From positions 49,046 through 113,045 of the IMG/VR virus record IMGVR_UViG_3300037493_003022: a DNA stretch of 64,000 nt. One strand, given 5' to 3'. Shown piece after piece: positions 32,109-41,557 of the stretch; position 1 is the stretch's first letter; each line of letters opens with the position of its first letter. The notes beneath the pieces are model-generated. The model saw only the letters and a program-made list of their open reading frames with translations, ran no database searches and was not told where the DNA came from. Source of the DNA: a virus. The position numbers and the translations under genes are program-made.

Positions 32109-32717
32109 TCACTTGGAGTATGCTTCCTTCTCAGAAACTAAATCACGAGTGATCGCTCTCGATTCAGAGAATTTATCGCCGTAACGAGCTTGGAGCTTGG
32201 CGATGTTCTTATCGAGAACTTCTTCCACTGTAATGCACATCGCCGCACAGCACAAAAGAACGCTGTCGTAGTAGCCGGAAAGAACGTCGCGAACCAGCTC
32301 ATGGTCCAGCTCTTTCCCATAGAAGATATGGGCCTTAACCATGTCGCAGAAGGTGGAGCTGTAAAGACAGAGCTTCAGGCAGCCGTCCTCCAGAATCATT
32401 TGGCTGATACTCATATCAATGATTTCGGGGGTCTGACCACCAAAGTCAGACATGTCTGCGAATCCGCAAGAGCAAGCGAGATTCAAAAACCAGCAGCAGT
32501 CTCCAAGCTCGGCAACGACTCCCTGGAAGGTCTCGAGAGGCCAGTCGGCCATAGCCTCGAAGCCGACGATCTCCAAAACCTCTCCTGCTTCTGAGGACAT
32601 CCCAAGAGCTGCATGGAGGGTATCAACACTGGAAAAGGAGGACATCCTCTGCTTGATGGCGGGGTAGTCTCCTGCGGCAGTTCGCAATGCGAGAGGGGAA
32701 TACTCTTTCGGTGTCAT
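32109..32717 (-). CDS. mazG: MazG-like nucleotide pyrophosphohydrolase
   Basis: HAALGMSSEAGEV, ELGDCCWF, NIAKLQARY. Confidence 0.8.
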   Translation of the reverse strand: MTPKEYSPLALRTAAGDYPAIKQRMSSFSSVDTLHAALGMSSEAGEVLEIVGFEAMADWPLETFQGVVAELGDCCWFLNLACSCGFADMSDFGGQTPEIIDMSISQMILEDGCLKLCLYSSTFCDMVKAHIFYGKELDHELVRDVLSGYYDSVLLCCAAMCITVEEVLDKNIAKLQARYGDKFSESRAITRDLVSEKEAYSK

Positions 32718-32718
32718 G

Positions 32719-33072
32719 TCATTCTCCTGTTAGTGCGTGGTAAGCGACTTCTGCGGCGCCTTGTCGTTTACTCCGCGGATCGTTTTCGTGATAGGTGGAA
32801 TCCTTAACTGTCCCAATGCCTCTGCATAAACGACAACGATGAACGAATTCCTCCCTTCCAGAAGGAAGCGTCCTAATTACATACGGAAAATTGAATGTCT
32901 TTATGGTGCGGTCGCCCTTCCAGATAGGATAGAATCTTCCCGACCCGCCGCAAACCCTGCACTCGCCTTCAATTTTCTGACTCACAGGATGGACAAATTT
33001 TCCTGTCCCATTGCATTTTTTGCATGGATATGAAAATGCACCCTCTCCATTACATTGCGGACATGTTGCCAC
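32719..33072 (-). CDS. DnaJ-type zinc finger protein
   Basis: Four CxxCxGxG repeats; no J-domain. Confidence 0.75.
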   Translation of the reverse strand: MATCPQCNGEGAFSYPCKKCNGTGKFVHPVSQKIEGECRVCGGSGRFYPIWKGDRTIKTFNFPYVIRTLPSGREEFVHRCRLCRGIGTVKDSTYHENDPRSKRQGAAEVAYHALTGE

Positions 33073-33764
33073 GATTCCTCCTCTACCAAACTTAGTTAAC
33101 GAGTGGAACTACGCCGAAAGGCGCGGGGAAGTTTTCTTGAGCCGCTTCGAGTGAACGGTAATAGAACCGCACACAATGCACATCTCAACATCTATCCCCT
33201 CGGCGAAAGATTCCACTTTCCATTCATAACCACAGGCACACTGAACGGTGTGTCGAGGATCGTGAGTTTTGGTGGCTTCTACTGTCTGTCCGGTTTCGGT
33301 ACTCATTGTGTACCTCCTGCTTTGATAGTAGGCAACCTCTCACGAATTTCAAGGGCTGTCAAACCGTTTTTAACTTCCTGAGAGACAAAACAGACACAAT
33401 CACAGTCTCTACCCGGTGGGAATCTTCGTCAACCCGAGTAACAGAAACCACCTTGTTTGGGTGGAAGCGTTTGACTACGTAAACAGGACTACTTGGATGA
33501 ATTTGAACGCTTTCTCCTACTAGGAACAGGTGCTTCGACAACTTCAACTGCCTTCTCCTTTGGTTTTCGATAGTAGAATCCGAACGAAGACAGAGTTGCT
33601 TTCGTGAGAACGACCGCATTGCTATCGGAAGGCTCTAGGGTAACTAGAAGTCCGTCGTCAGCGATAGTCTGAAGTCCCCAGCCATCAGCAGTTCCTTTCT
33701 TCTTTTTGTATGGAAGAACTTTACGGTCTCCTTGTTTAACAGCTTCAACTCTCATGATGCCTCC

Positions 33765-34094
33765 TTATCTAGTTATAGTCTCAGAAGAGACAATATCGAA
33801 TCCCCGCTCCCAGAAGTGGTTTACGAACACATCGAACTTGGGATCCTCCGAGCAGGAGAAAAAATCGATAAGAGCTTCGTTCTTTTCTGGCCAACTATGG
33901 AGAGTGCTGTGTGATTCTGAAAGCAAAACAGCCGTGGTAAATCCATGCGGGTAGAACTGGTGCTTAGAAACCTGGAGAAGATGCGCTCCAGACTTATGAA
34001 GAGCCTCTATGAGAGTATTCTCCAACAGGAGATTATCGTACATCCTCACTGAATTTCGGCAGGAGACTTTCAAGATCAAATGCTGGTAGCTCAT
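33765..34094 (-). CDS. speD: S-adenosylmethionine decarboxylase proenzyme (pyruvoyl-dependent)
   Basis: HQFYPHGFT..LLSE|SHSTLHSWPE...IDFFSC with the conserved E-S self-cleavage site. Confidence 0.88.
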   Translation of the reverse strand: MSYQHLILKVSCRNSVRMYDNLLLENTLIEALHKSGAHLLQVSKHQFYPHGFTTAVLLSESHSTLHSWPEKNEALIDFFSCSEDPKFDVFVNHFWERGFDIVSSETITR

Positions 34095-34273
34095 TGGTAT
34101 CCTCCTCTCTGATTTTTATAGGAAGCGCACTGGGAGTAGCGAGGGAACAAGTACCTCGAAGTGTAGGAGGACTTCCTAGGTCCCAGTCGGGAGGAAGAAT
34201 ACTGTTCTCGATAGCTCGAAGAGTCTCGATAGACCCCTTGATATCTCGGAGCTTCTGTTTGAAGTTCTTCTTA

Positions 34274-34480
34274 CTAGAAATTTTCCGTCTGCCCATTGTC
34301 TATCACTTCGCCGATGACGAAGGAGCCTCCTATTGTGACAACTTTTTTATTTCTAGCATCTGAGAACAGTCCAACTGCTAGATACAGAATGAACAGAATA
34401 GACGCCATCAGAACTAGAAGTGAGAAGGAATACAGGGGATCTTGATATGCCAGTTTCCTTCTTTGTGGTTGTTGTTTCAT
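34274..34480 (-). CDS. Small membrane protein, leaderless
   Basis: Hydrophobic stretch; ATG 6 nt after TATACT. Confidence 0.5.
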   Translation of the reverse strand: MKQQPQRRKLAYQDPLYSFSLLVLMASILFILYLAVGLFSDARNKKVVTIGGSFVIGEVIDNGQTENF

Positions 34481-34502
34481 GATGAAAGTATATCAAACAA
34501 CC
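34478..34502 (-). promoter_or_regulatory. Repeated promoter element embedded in an inverted repeat
   Basis: GGTTgtttga-TATACT-ttcatc-ATGAAACAACAACCAC; 15 bp arms at 34459-34473 and 34496-34510. Confidence 0.7.
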
Positions 34503-34712
34503 ACAAAGAAAGAAATGGTTATTAGTAATCTGCGGAAGGTAGCTTGGAACACGGATAGTGAATCGAATAGGTATCTCTAATAGAAACTACTGGATCACCA
34601 AGATCGCAATCAACTCTCACATACCGTTTCTCTGACTTCGCATCGAGGGCAATTTTGCTGCCATCTCTTGTGATAGCGAATACGATCTCTTTACCGCATT
34701 CCTTGCAGAGCA

Positions 34713-35099
34713 TCAGGACGCCGGGGTGATGGTGACCTTGTCGTCTTTGAGAGTCACGTTCGACATCTCATTGGCGAAGCGAGTCAGAGCGCTGATAACC
34801 TGCTCCTCGGACACGCCCGGACGCTCGGCGACGATGTGGGCAACCACATCAGCGACCTTCACGTTCTTCTTGCCTTCGAGGTACTTGGCGATGATCGGCT
34901 TGATGCGGAAGCGCTGCGGGCCTTCCTTCTTGATGCCGACCTTCTTGCGCAGGTCCTTCAGCTCCACGTCGATCTGCTCCAGGCGAGCAGCGAGGGTGCT
35001 GCGCTCGGTCTCGAGCGTGCTGAGGGCGAGCTGGCCCTGCTCTTTCCAGGCGTTGTAATCGAAGGTGCTCATGTTCGTGTTCTCGTTGGTCATTTTCAT
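34713..35099 (-). CDS. Coiled-coil plus putative winged-HTH protein
   Basis: AGGAGA SD, strongly biased codons, short coiled coil followed by a helical DNA-binding-like pattern. Confidence 0.6.
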   Translation of the reverse strand: MKMTNENTNMSTFDYNAWKEQGQLALSTLETERSTLAARLEQIDVELKDLRKKVGIKKEGPQRFRIKPIIAKYLEGKKNVKVADVVAHIVAERPGVSEEQVISALTRFANEMSNVTLKDDKVTITPAS

Positions 35100-35131
35100 A
35101 TCTCCTGTTGTGTCGGGAAAGTCCGACGGGT

Positions 35132-35530
35132 TTACATCCAGGACAACGCCAACTGGCGCGTGAGTCCTGTGCCGATCGTGTCGGCTGTTCTACGTGCGTA
35201 AATAGTCCCACCAGCCGGGAGACCTGAAGTCACCGTCTGGAGAGTCCCATTCGTAACCACGACTCCTGTTGCGAACGAGTACCACCGAGTAGCGGCAGCC
35301 ACGTAATTCGCGGGAGTTGCTTCTGCGTCAAGCGTCTCTGCGAGAGCGTACAGAGTAACCGTAAGCGTCTCGGTGCTTGTTCCCAGCAAAGCCAAGATAA
35401 GCTTTGTAGGAACTCGGGTAACCGTATTCTTAAACGAGAAAAAATGATTCGTCAAGATGGTAGTAGGAGCTGCTACGGGATCAACGTCCGCAACACCCTG
35501 ACCGAAAGTACCAAAAGATTGAAGTCGCAT
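35132..35530 (-). CDS. Thr/Ala-rich hypothetical protein (possibly virion-associated)
   Basis: 132 aa, beta-strand-like composition, GAGGAG SD. Confidence 0.55.
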   Translation of the reverse strand: MRLQSFGTFGQGVADVDPVAAPTTILTNHFFSFKNTVTRVPTKLILALLGTSTETLTVTLYALAETLDAEATPANYVAAATRWYSFATGVVVTNGTLQTVTSGLPAGGTIYARRTADTIGTGLTRQLALSWM

Positions 35531-35581
35531 TCTTTTCTCTCCTCGCTGTTTCCAGCTTACAGACTCTATCTTAGCGAAAAA

Positions 35582-38521
35582 TTACTCTTCGTCAAGTGAG
35601 CTGTCGTTCAAATCGGAACTTTTCTTCGTTGAAGGCGTAACATTTATGATCCTGTTAGCCTCTCGCTCAGCCTTTGTATTCCCGGAACCGCTAGTCCCAT
35701 GACCCGTTGGTGCAAACACTGAGGCGAGCATCTTAGAGATGCTTCCAGAAGACGAAGATTTAGCTTGAATTACTAATTCTTCCTGCGCCCTTGGCTGGAA
35801 AATAACTCTCGCTTGCTGCACCATGCCTAGGAATTTCTGCATTTCGTTGGAGACGTTGGCGTCGAGAACACCGCCCTGAGCTTTCTCAAACATCACGCCA
35901 GTCATAACACGACCATACTCAGCCTCCAAGACGACTTGGATAGCTTTGTGAAGATCTGCTGTTGTTTCAAGCCGGATGTTGATGTCGTACCCACAGGGCT
36001 CCTTAGCCTTGTACCGAGGACAACGACCACTCAGAAAGCAGGTGTCGCAGTGGAGAATTTCGTGGGCTCGATCGTCGAACCGAGCATCGTCAACTAGAGC
36101 GAGTCGTCGAGATTCTGCGCGAGCGAGAGACTGCTTGCGGTCAATCAAACCCTCGGTGTTGAACACCTTCGATTTGAGAGTGAGAGCCTGGTCCTTCTCC
36201 TCTGGAGTGAGCCAGTAGCAGTTCTGCACGTTGAAGCGAATCGAATCTGCCCACTGCTTCCAGGCAAGGGCGTTCATCAAGTCTACTTCTTTTCGCTTGT
36301 CGTCCTCGATGTCCTTCCAGACGATTCCGTTTTCTTCAAGTCTGGTTTTGAATCTTCTTCTAACGTCTTTATGAGTATGGTCGTAGTAGCGAATACGACC
36401 GTTTTGGAAGACCATGGTGTTGCCAAATCGCGAACCCCCAACCCAAGTAGTGTTGTGAGCAAGAATCTCGTTTGCAATAAACCGCTCAGCACCCGGAACT
36501 TCTAAGTCATATACTTCCCTTGTTTCCAGGGGCAGGGTCTCTATCTTTATAATTTTAAGATAGTTCAACTCAGATTCATAAACACCTGGATTAAAATACT
36601 TAGTGTAATCAGTTCTTCCGACGAATTCAGTTTCGGAATCCCAAAGATCACCGCTAATCCATCTACCACGACAGTGCGCGAGGGAAGCGGGAATTCTCGA
36701 ATGGTACGGAAGTCTCTTTTCCTTTCTATAAGTGACAACTTTTCTCTTCGTAAAGAAACCTATTTTGGATTCAAACTTTTTCTTAGCTTCATTTGAAGAG
36801 ATTGTAACCCGGTAGTGTTTGGTATTAGACAAACCTTTTGAACAAGGAATGCCCATCAAAAATAAAGCTGCGAAAACTTGGTCAGATAACTCCTCGCTAA
36901 TGGAAGAAGTATACGGCTTATCACCTGCGCTACCATCAGAGCTAAAATAACCCCTCAAAACATGACATGCTTGTTCTTCACTCAAAGACCAGAACCAGCC
37001 TGGAAAGGCTTTATTTGCTGCCCCGGAAGGGAACCCCGCTGCTCGAAGCCATCGAGCAAAAGAGTGGCTTGAAAAAGAAGTGTCTCCTTGTTCATGCTCA
37101 GTTAGAACTCTGTCGAACCGACTAGCAATCAACCTTGCCAACTCGACTGGTTCTTTGTCTAAACCACAAGAGCAATTAATAGAGGTCTCGCTAGAAAAAC
37201 TCCCGTTTCCAACCCAGTAGCCTAGAAACTCTAACATCTCCTTGTCTAACTCGACACAGAGTTTTTCTGTTGGAGAATCATGCCAACGATTGTTCAGATA
37301 AGGAACGCTGTAGGAGAACTCCAACTTCTCCAAGCCCTGTCCAAGCCATTTACCTCGGCTAGGGCATACTATCCAATCACCTTCTTCAAGAAGGGATGGT
37401 TTAGTCTCTAAAAGATCTCCTTCAGGCCCCATTCTAAACAAACTGTGATCGGAAGTAACTTCAAGAGATAAACCACTGGCAACTGTAATCTTTAGGAATT
37501 CCTTCTTTACAGTATGCTTAACGACACTCCTCAAAGGAACCCATTTGGTTACATACTTGCCATCTTCTTCGACAACAGAGAGCGTCTCTGAATCGGGAGT
37601 TGCGACCCTACCCTCGAAACCCACTAATTCTTCGTTGTCCTTAAAACTATTATAGAGATCTTCTATTGAAATTCGTTCTGGGTATGGTCCTTGTTTGAAC
37701 CAAACCTTGCTAGAACCACCTACGGAAGAATCGATCGAGTACCACTTGCCGCGTATAACCACATCGGCAGCGGTAGCACCGAATCCATGAAACACGCATC
37801 CATACTCTCTACCTTTGTTGGTAATCTCGATGATGTCGGCGAGATGTTTTGGATTCCCAATCATAGCGGAACCAATCGCTATGTAAGGATACTTATCGTA
37901 CCAACCCATCTCAACTAACTGGTTCACAGATTCATTCTGAACAACGGGAACGACGGGGACGTTTGATGCAAGGAGATCGTCCTTGAACTCCTCCATTTGA
38001 TACTGAGTAAATTTCGCATGAACGTCAACCTCAGCACACCCAGCAAACAAATGTCCGATCCGTTTAAGCTCCTGATAGTAGTCCTTCGTGTACTCCTCAA
38101 CGTCCATCCCCAAATCCTTACCGCCGTTGATGGCTTGGATCAGAGAGAAACCCCCGGAATCGAGGAAAACGAAATCGAATCTACCTAGGTCTTCTGCGAT
38201 CTCCTGAACAGTTAGTTTCTTGAGCCATTTCCTAGAATAAAAGTACGAGATAAGGATGTTCCTAACACCAATTCGATACAGACCATCTCGATACTCTCGA
38301 CCATCGGCTCCAGCGAAGCAGAGCTTAATACCGAAGCATCTTCTATCCAACTGAAGTGTTCGGTCCCACTTCATGAGAAAAGAATCTAACTTAGGACTTC
38401 GGATAGTTCCCGTAGCAAGCTGCTCATCAGTCTTCCCTTCGTCATCGTTTGGGAGTTCCATATCCTCCGTTGGAATCTTTACGTTTTCAAACTGGTCGAT
38501 AGTATCGAAATCGTCTGACAT
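35582..38521 (-). CDS. TGT-fold (DpdA-like) base-exchange transglycosylase with intein and C-terminal Cys4/helical domain (about 554 aa after splicing)
   Basis: FLDSGGFS, VVPVV, FHGFG and spliced WYSIDS-TTW motifs of the TGT barrel; last gene of the que cluster. Confidence 0.78.
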   Translation of the reverse strand: MSDDFDTIDQFENVKIPTEDMELPNDDEGKTDEQLATGTIRSPKLDSFLMKWDRTLQLDRRCFGIKLCFAGADGREYRDGLYRIGVRNILISYFYSRKWLKKLTVQEIAEDLGRFDFVFLDSGGFSLIQAINGGKDLGMDVEEYTKDYYQELKRIGHLFAGCAEVDVHAKFTQYQMEEFKDDLLASNVPVVPVVQNESVNQLVEMGWYDKYPYIAIGSAMIGNPKHLADIIEITNKGREYGCVFHGFGATAADVVIRGKWYSIDSSVGGSSKVWFKQGPYPERISIEDLYNSFKDNEELVGFEGRVATPDSETLSVVEEDGKYVTKWVPLRSVVKHTVKKEFLKITVASGLSLEVTSDHSLFRMGPEGDLLETKPSLLEEGDWIVCPSRGKWLGQGLEKLEFSYSVPYLNNRWHDSPTEKLCVELDKEMLEFLGYWVGNGSFSSETSINCSCGLDKEPVELARLIASRFDRVLTEHEQGDTSFSSHSFARWLRAAGFPSGAANKAFPGWFWSLSEEQACHVLRGYFSSDGSAGDKPYTSSISEELSDQVFAALFLMGIPCSKGLSNTKHYRVTISSNEAKKKFESKIGFFTKRKVVTYRKEKRLPYHSRIPASLAHCRGRWISGDLWDSETEFVGRTDYTKYFNPGVYESELNYLKIIKIETLPLETREVYDLEVPGAERFIANEILAHNTTWVGGSRFGNTMVFQNGRIRYYDHTHKDVRRRFKTRLEENGIVWKDIEDDKRKEVDLMNALAWKQWADSIRFNVQNCYWLTPEEKDQALTLKSKVFNTEGLIDRKQSLARAESRRLALVDDARFDDRAHEILHCDTCFLSGRCPRYKAKEPCGYDINIRLETTADLHKAIQVVLEAEYGRVMTGVMFEKAQGGVLDANVSNEMQKFLGMVQQARVIFQPRAQEELVIQAKSSSSGSISKMLASVFAPTGHGTSGSGNTKAEREANRIINVTPSTKKSSDLNDSSLDEE
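36452..37726 (-). mobile_element. Ser-initiated intein (425 aa) with LAGLIDADG endonuclease
   Basis: IDS|SVGGSSKV...VTSDHSLF...VYDLEV...FIANEILAHN|T; FLGYWVGNGS and LRGYFSSDGS. Confidence 0.88.
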
Positions 38522-38530
38522 ATCTTCCTC

Positions 38531-39709
38531 TTATATCCCGCGAGTCCTTCCGCGAGCTATGGCGGAACCCATGGTCTCAGTATAAATCTTAACGTAGTTC
38601 TCAACTAATGTTGACCACAGAAACTGTTTTGCGTGCTCGAATAAAACAGTGCGGTCAAAGGGTTCCGCTGAAAGAGCAGCGACAATCTTCTGGAGAGTCT
38701 CGTAGGAGTTCGGGTCTTTCCAGTCGCCCATGGAGATGAGTGGGCCACTCCAGCTATCAGGTTCTGGATTGAAGCAGACTACGTTCTTGCCGAAAGAAAA
38801 AGCGGCGAAGTTGTTGTCATTCCCAATCTTCGAGGGATCGAGAACAAACGAGCAAGTATCCAAGAGATTCTCGAATTCCTTGGATGGCGGGTTAACGAGG
38901 AACTCCCGAACCTTTGGATGAGACTTCTTTATGAGGTCCCTCAGTTTGTGCTCCTTCATCTCATTGAAGGAAGAAAGAACGATCTGAACCCCCATCTCCG
39001 GGTGGAGATTCTGAAGCAGCCGGGGAATAAGCTCCGCTCCCGCGACAGAGGAGGACAGCGAAGGAAGAGAAATCAGAACGAACTTCTCATCCTTGTGCTC
39101 TCTCTTTTCATCAACAGAGTAGACACCCTCGGGCATCGCGTAAGCTGACTTCCCATGCTGCTGGACCTTCTTCGCAAGCTTCTGACTGGCGGCGATTACG
39201 CAGTCTGCGTGCTGCATGGTGAGAATTTCCGCTGTGAACGCAGACCAGGCCAATTCTTTCTTCCTGATAGGAAAGTAGTCGATGGGAGAAAGTCCTTGGC
39301 AAATTTCGGAATCGAAATCGTACGAGCTGCAAGAGACACTATCCACGAAATCCTTTGCGTATCGAACGACAGTGGGGGTTCCACCAACCAACTGCTCGAC
39401 AATCAGAGGGGAACAGTCGCAATCAGCCTGTACGATGTCAGGCTTCAATGGGAGGAGCATCTCGTGAATGAGAGAAGCCCGGTGGTAGTTATCGGATACG
39501 TTCGGCATAAGCAAGACATCGATAGGACCGTATTGATAAGAAAGCGGCTGCTCATCGACAGGCTTGTTCTGGATTGCGATGACGCAGACTTCGTGACCGT
39601 TTTCGCAAAGAGCGTTTGCGAGACCCAAGGTGTACTTTGCGCGAGGATCCTGAACATCATCAGAATTCTCATGGTAAAAAGGCGACTTTGTGAAAAGAAC
39701 GATATTCAT
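38531..39709 (-). CDS. Glycosyltransferase, GT-B (GT4-like, divergent)
   Basis: MNIVLF, LANALCENGHEVCVI, PDIVQ, ADCVIAAS, FLWSTLVENYVKIY. Confidence 0.72.
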   Translation of the reverse strand: MNIVLFTKSPFYHENSDDVQDPRAKYTLGLANALCENGHEVCVIAIQNKPVDEQPLSYQYGPIDVLLMPNVSDNYHRASLIHEMLLPLKPDIVQADCDCSPLIVEQLVGGTPTVVRYAKDFVDSVSCSSYDFDSEICQGLSPIDYFPIRKKELAWSAFTAEILTMQHADCVIAASQKLAKKVQQHGKSAYAMPEGVYSVDEKREHKDEKFVLISLPSLSSSVAGAELIPRLLQNLHPEMGVQIVLSSFNEMKEHKLRDLIKKSHPKVREFLVNPPSKEFENLLDTCSFVLDPSKIGNDNNFAAFSFGKNVVCFNPEPDSWSGPLISMGDWKDPNSYETLQKIVAALSAEPFDRTVLFEHAKQFLWSTLVENYVKIYTETMGSAIARGRTRGI

Positions 39710-40680
39710 TTTGACTCCTTTGTTTGCTGGCCAGTCTTCTCCTCTAGAAGATTGGACATTTTCTCGATAAATTCCGGGTCAAGAGTAGCGAGTTTAACCA
39801 TCACATATGCCAGGTGCTCTCTTCGTCGAGCATCCCAATCGGACATCTTCGTATAGTTGTCATCTTCTTCGCGAACACCACCGGAAGGTGCGGTAACGTG
39901 CCACGAGACACAACCTGTATCAAAGAAGAACTTATATCCAAAGAACTTTGCAATCTGAATCATCCAGACTGCGTCTGCGTGCATGGAACAGTGGCCAATA
40001 TCTTCCCATAGAACCCTGGCGTCAGGCTTCATAAAGAAGTTGGCAGCCGACGCGAGATGGGAATACCGAATCCCCACATCGTTCATGAAGCGAGAAAACT
40101 GACCGGGTTCGAGAACGAGTTCTCCCTTCTCGATGCAGCACTGGGTAATGGGAACACTCTCAGGCCAGGAGATGTACGGGAGACCCTCCGGGCCTGAGTA
40201 GGAAGAACCTGTCTTCTTCATGTACGGAGTCATGGCACTCACAAGGACAGGAGCACCGTGCTTTTGCATCTGCTCATTGCACGCCTTCTTCAGACGCTCC
40301 AGAGTGTCCGGCTGGAGAAGGTGGTCATCATCCGTCTTGTAGAGATATTCGTACCCCTTGAACACAGCCTCAGTGAGAATGAAGTTGACGGCAGCCACTT
40401 CAGATCTCCCCGCGACTTTCACATGCTCATAGAAGCAGTCGTGACCGAGAGCGTTGAGAGTGGAAAGAAACCGCTCAACGGGAGCTTCTAAAATATCGAG
40501 AGGCTCATCACCGGTATCCACGATGAGAACATCGAAGGCTTGCTCAGTCTGGTGAATGAGCGAGGACAAAAGGATGCTCAGATACTCAGGACGATCCCGA
40601 GTAGGAATAGCCACGAGAATCTTCTCATCCTTTGAGAGTAAAGAAATCTCGATATAATTCAATGGCTCTTTCTTTTTCAT
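39706..40680 (-). CDS. Glycosyltransferase, GT-A (GT2)
   Basis: VAIPTRDRPEYL, VLIVD, KTDDD (DxD); start MKKK overlaps the upstream stop. Confidence 0.82.
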   Translation of the reverse strand: MKKKEPLNYIEISLLSKDEKILVAIPTRDRPEYLSILLSSLIHQTEQAFDVLIVDTGDEPLDILEAPVERFLSTLNALGHDCFYEHVKVAGRSEVAAVNFILTEAVFKGYEYLYKTDDDHLLQPDTLERLKKACNEQMQKHGAPVLVSAMTPYMKKTGSSYSGPEGLPYISWPESVPITQCCIEKGELVLEPGQFSRFMNDVGIRYSHLASAANFFMKPDARVLWEDIGHCSMHADAVWMIQIAKFFGYKFFFDTGCVSWHVTAPSGGVREEDDNYTKMSDWDARRREHLAYVMVKLATLDPEFIEKMSNLLEEKTGQQTKESK

Positions 40681-41555
40681 TTGCCTTCTCTCCCTTTTCG
40701 TAGTTCGGCTATCTGCCAAATCAAGAAATAGCCGCTGGTATCCTTTACGTCGTTGTCACTTGGATAAGCTTCTCCGCGAGCAAATCGGGATAGCTTATCA
40801 TCGATTCGAACTTTGATCTGCTCAATCGGATCGGCTTTGCTGAGAATGCGAACTGGATTCAGAGCCGAGTCACCGTACGTTTTGTTCTTAAATAGCAAGA
40901 ACGACTTCATCTCAGCTAGAACTTCGTCTAGATCTTTTTCGAAATCTGTTCTAGTAGGATCAACCCAACCTAAACGTGAATGATCGCAGGAGCACTCTCC
41001 GGTTGAACTCGCAGCTCTAATCTCTGCGTCAGACAACCCTCTAGGATTTTCGTGAGGAGCAACTGGTGTTTTCTCCTCAAATCTACCGGGATATTTTGCC
41101 CCATTTAGCACTACGTTTCCGTCCGCTGTAACCTCGCAAGGAACAGTAAACATATGACAGATGTCGCTATTTTTATGGATTCCTTTTTTACCTTTAGTGC
41201 AATGGTTGTAATCAAAAAAGCAACACGATCCGCAGAGCCTAACAAGAGACATGGCTTCCTCTTCTCCTTTCGTAAAAGGTTTTCCAATGGATTCAAGATA
41301 ATTTCTCAAACAACTTAACTCCTCAGTATTGGGAGTACTCTCATAAAATAAATCGCATTCAAAAATACCATCTGCCATCACATATGTATCTTTGACGCTA
41401 CAGAATTTATCTCTGTAATAGTGGCACTTTGAACACAAACTCATGGTTATCTCCCTTTTATAGAACGAACTGCATTCAGAAGATCCTAGTACGTGAGTGG
41501 TCTGTCGGCCACAAACCGTACCATCTGAACGGACACACTTATCGCATAAACTCAT
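40677..41555 (-). CDS. Cys-repeat protein with C-terminal DUF1599 / nucleotide-modification-associated domain 1
   Basis: KNKTYGDS...RIDDKLSR...D..GY; three N-terminal MSL-CxxC repeats. Confidence 0.75.
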   Translation of the reverse strand: MSLCDKCVRSDGTVCGRQTTHVLGSSECSSFYKREITMSLCSKCHYYRDKFCSVKDTYVMADGIFECDLFYESTPNTEELSCLRNYLESIGKPFTKGEEEAMSLVRLCGSCCFFDYNHCTKGKKGIHKNSDICHMFTVPCEVTADGNVVLNGAKYPGRFEEKTPVAPHENPRGLSDAEIRAASSTGECSCDHSRLGWVDPTRTDFEKDLDEVLAEMKSFLLFKNKTYGDSALNPVRILSKADPIEQIKVRIDDKLSRFARGEAYPSDNDVKDTSGYFLIWQIAELRKGREGK

Positions 41556-41557
41556 AA

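Larger units (their letters stand above)
17122..35530 (-). other. Array of ~50 small, tightly packed accessory genes, mostly hypothetical
   Basis: Consecutive 50-200 aa minus-strand ORFs with GGAG SDs and ATGA/TAATG overlaps, many with Cys pairs, split into units by the repeated promoter element. Confidence 0.8.
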
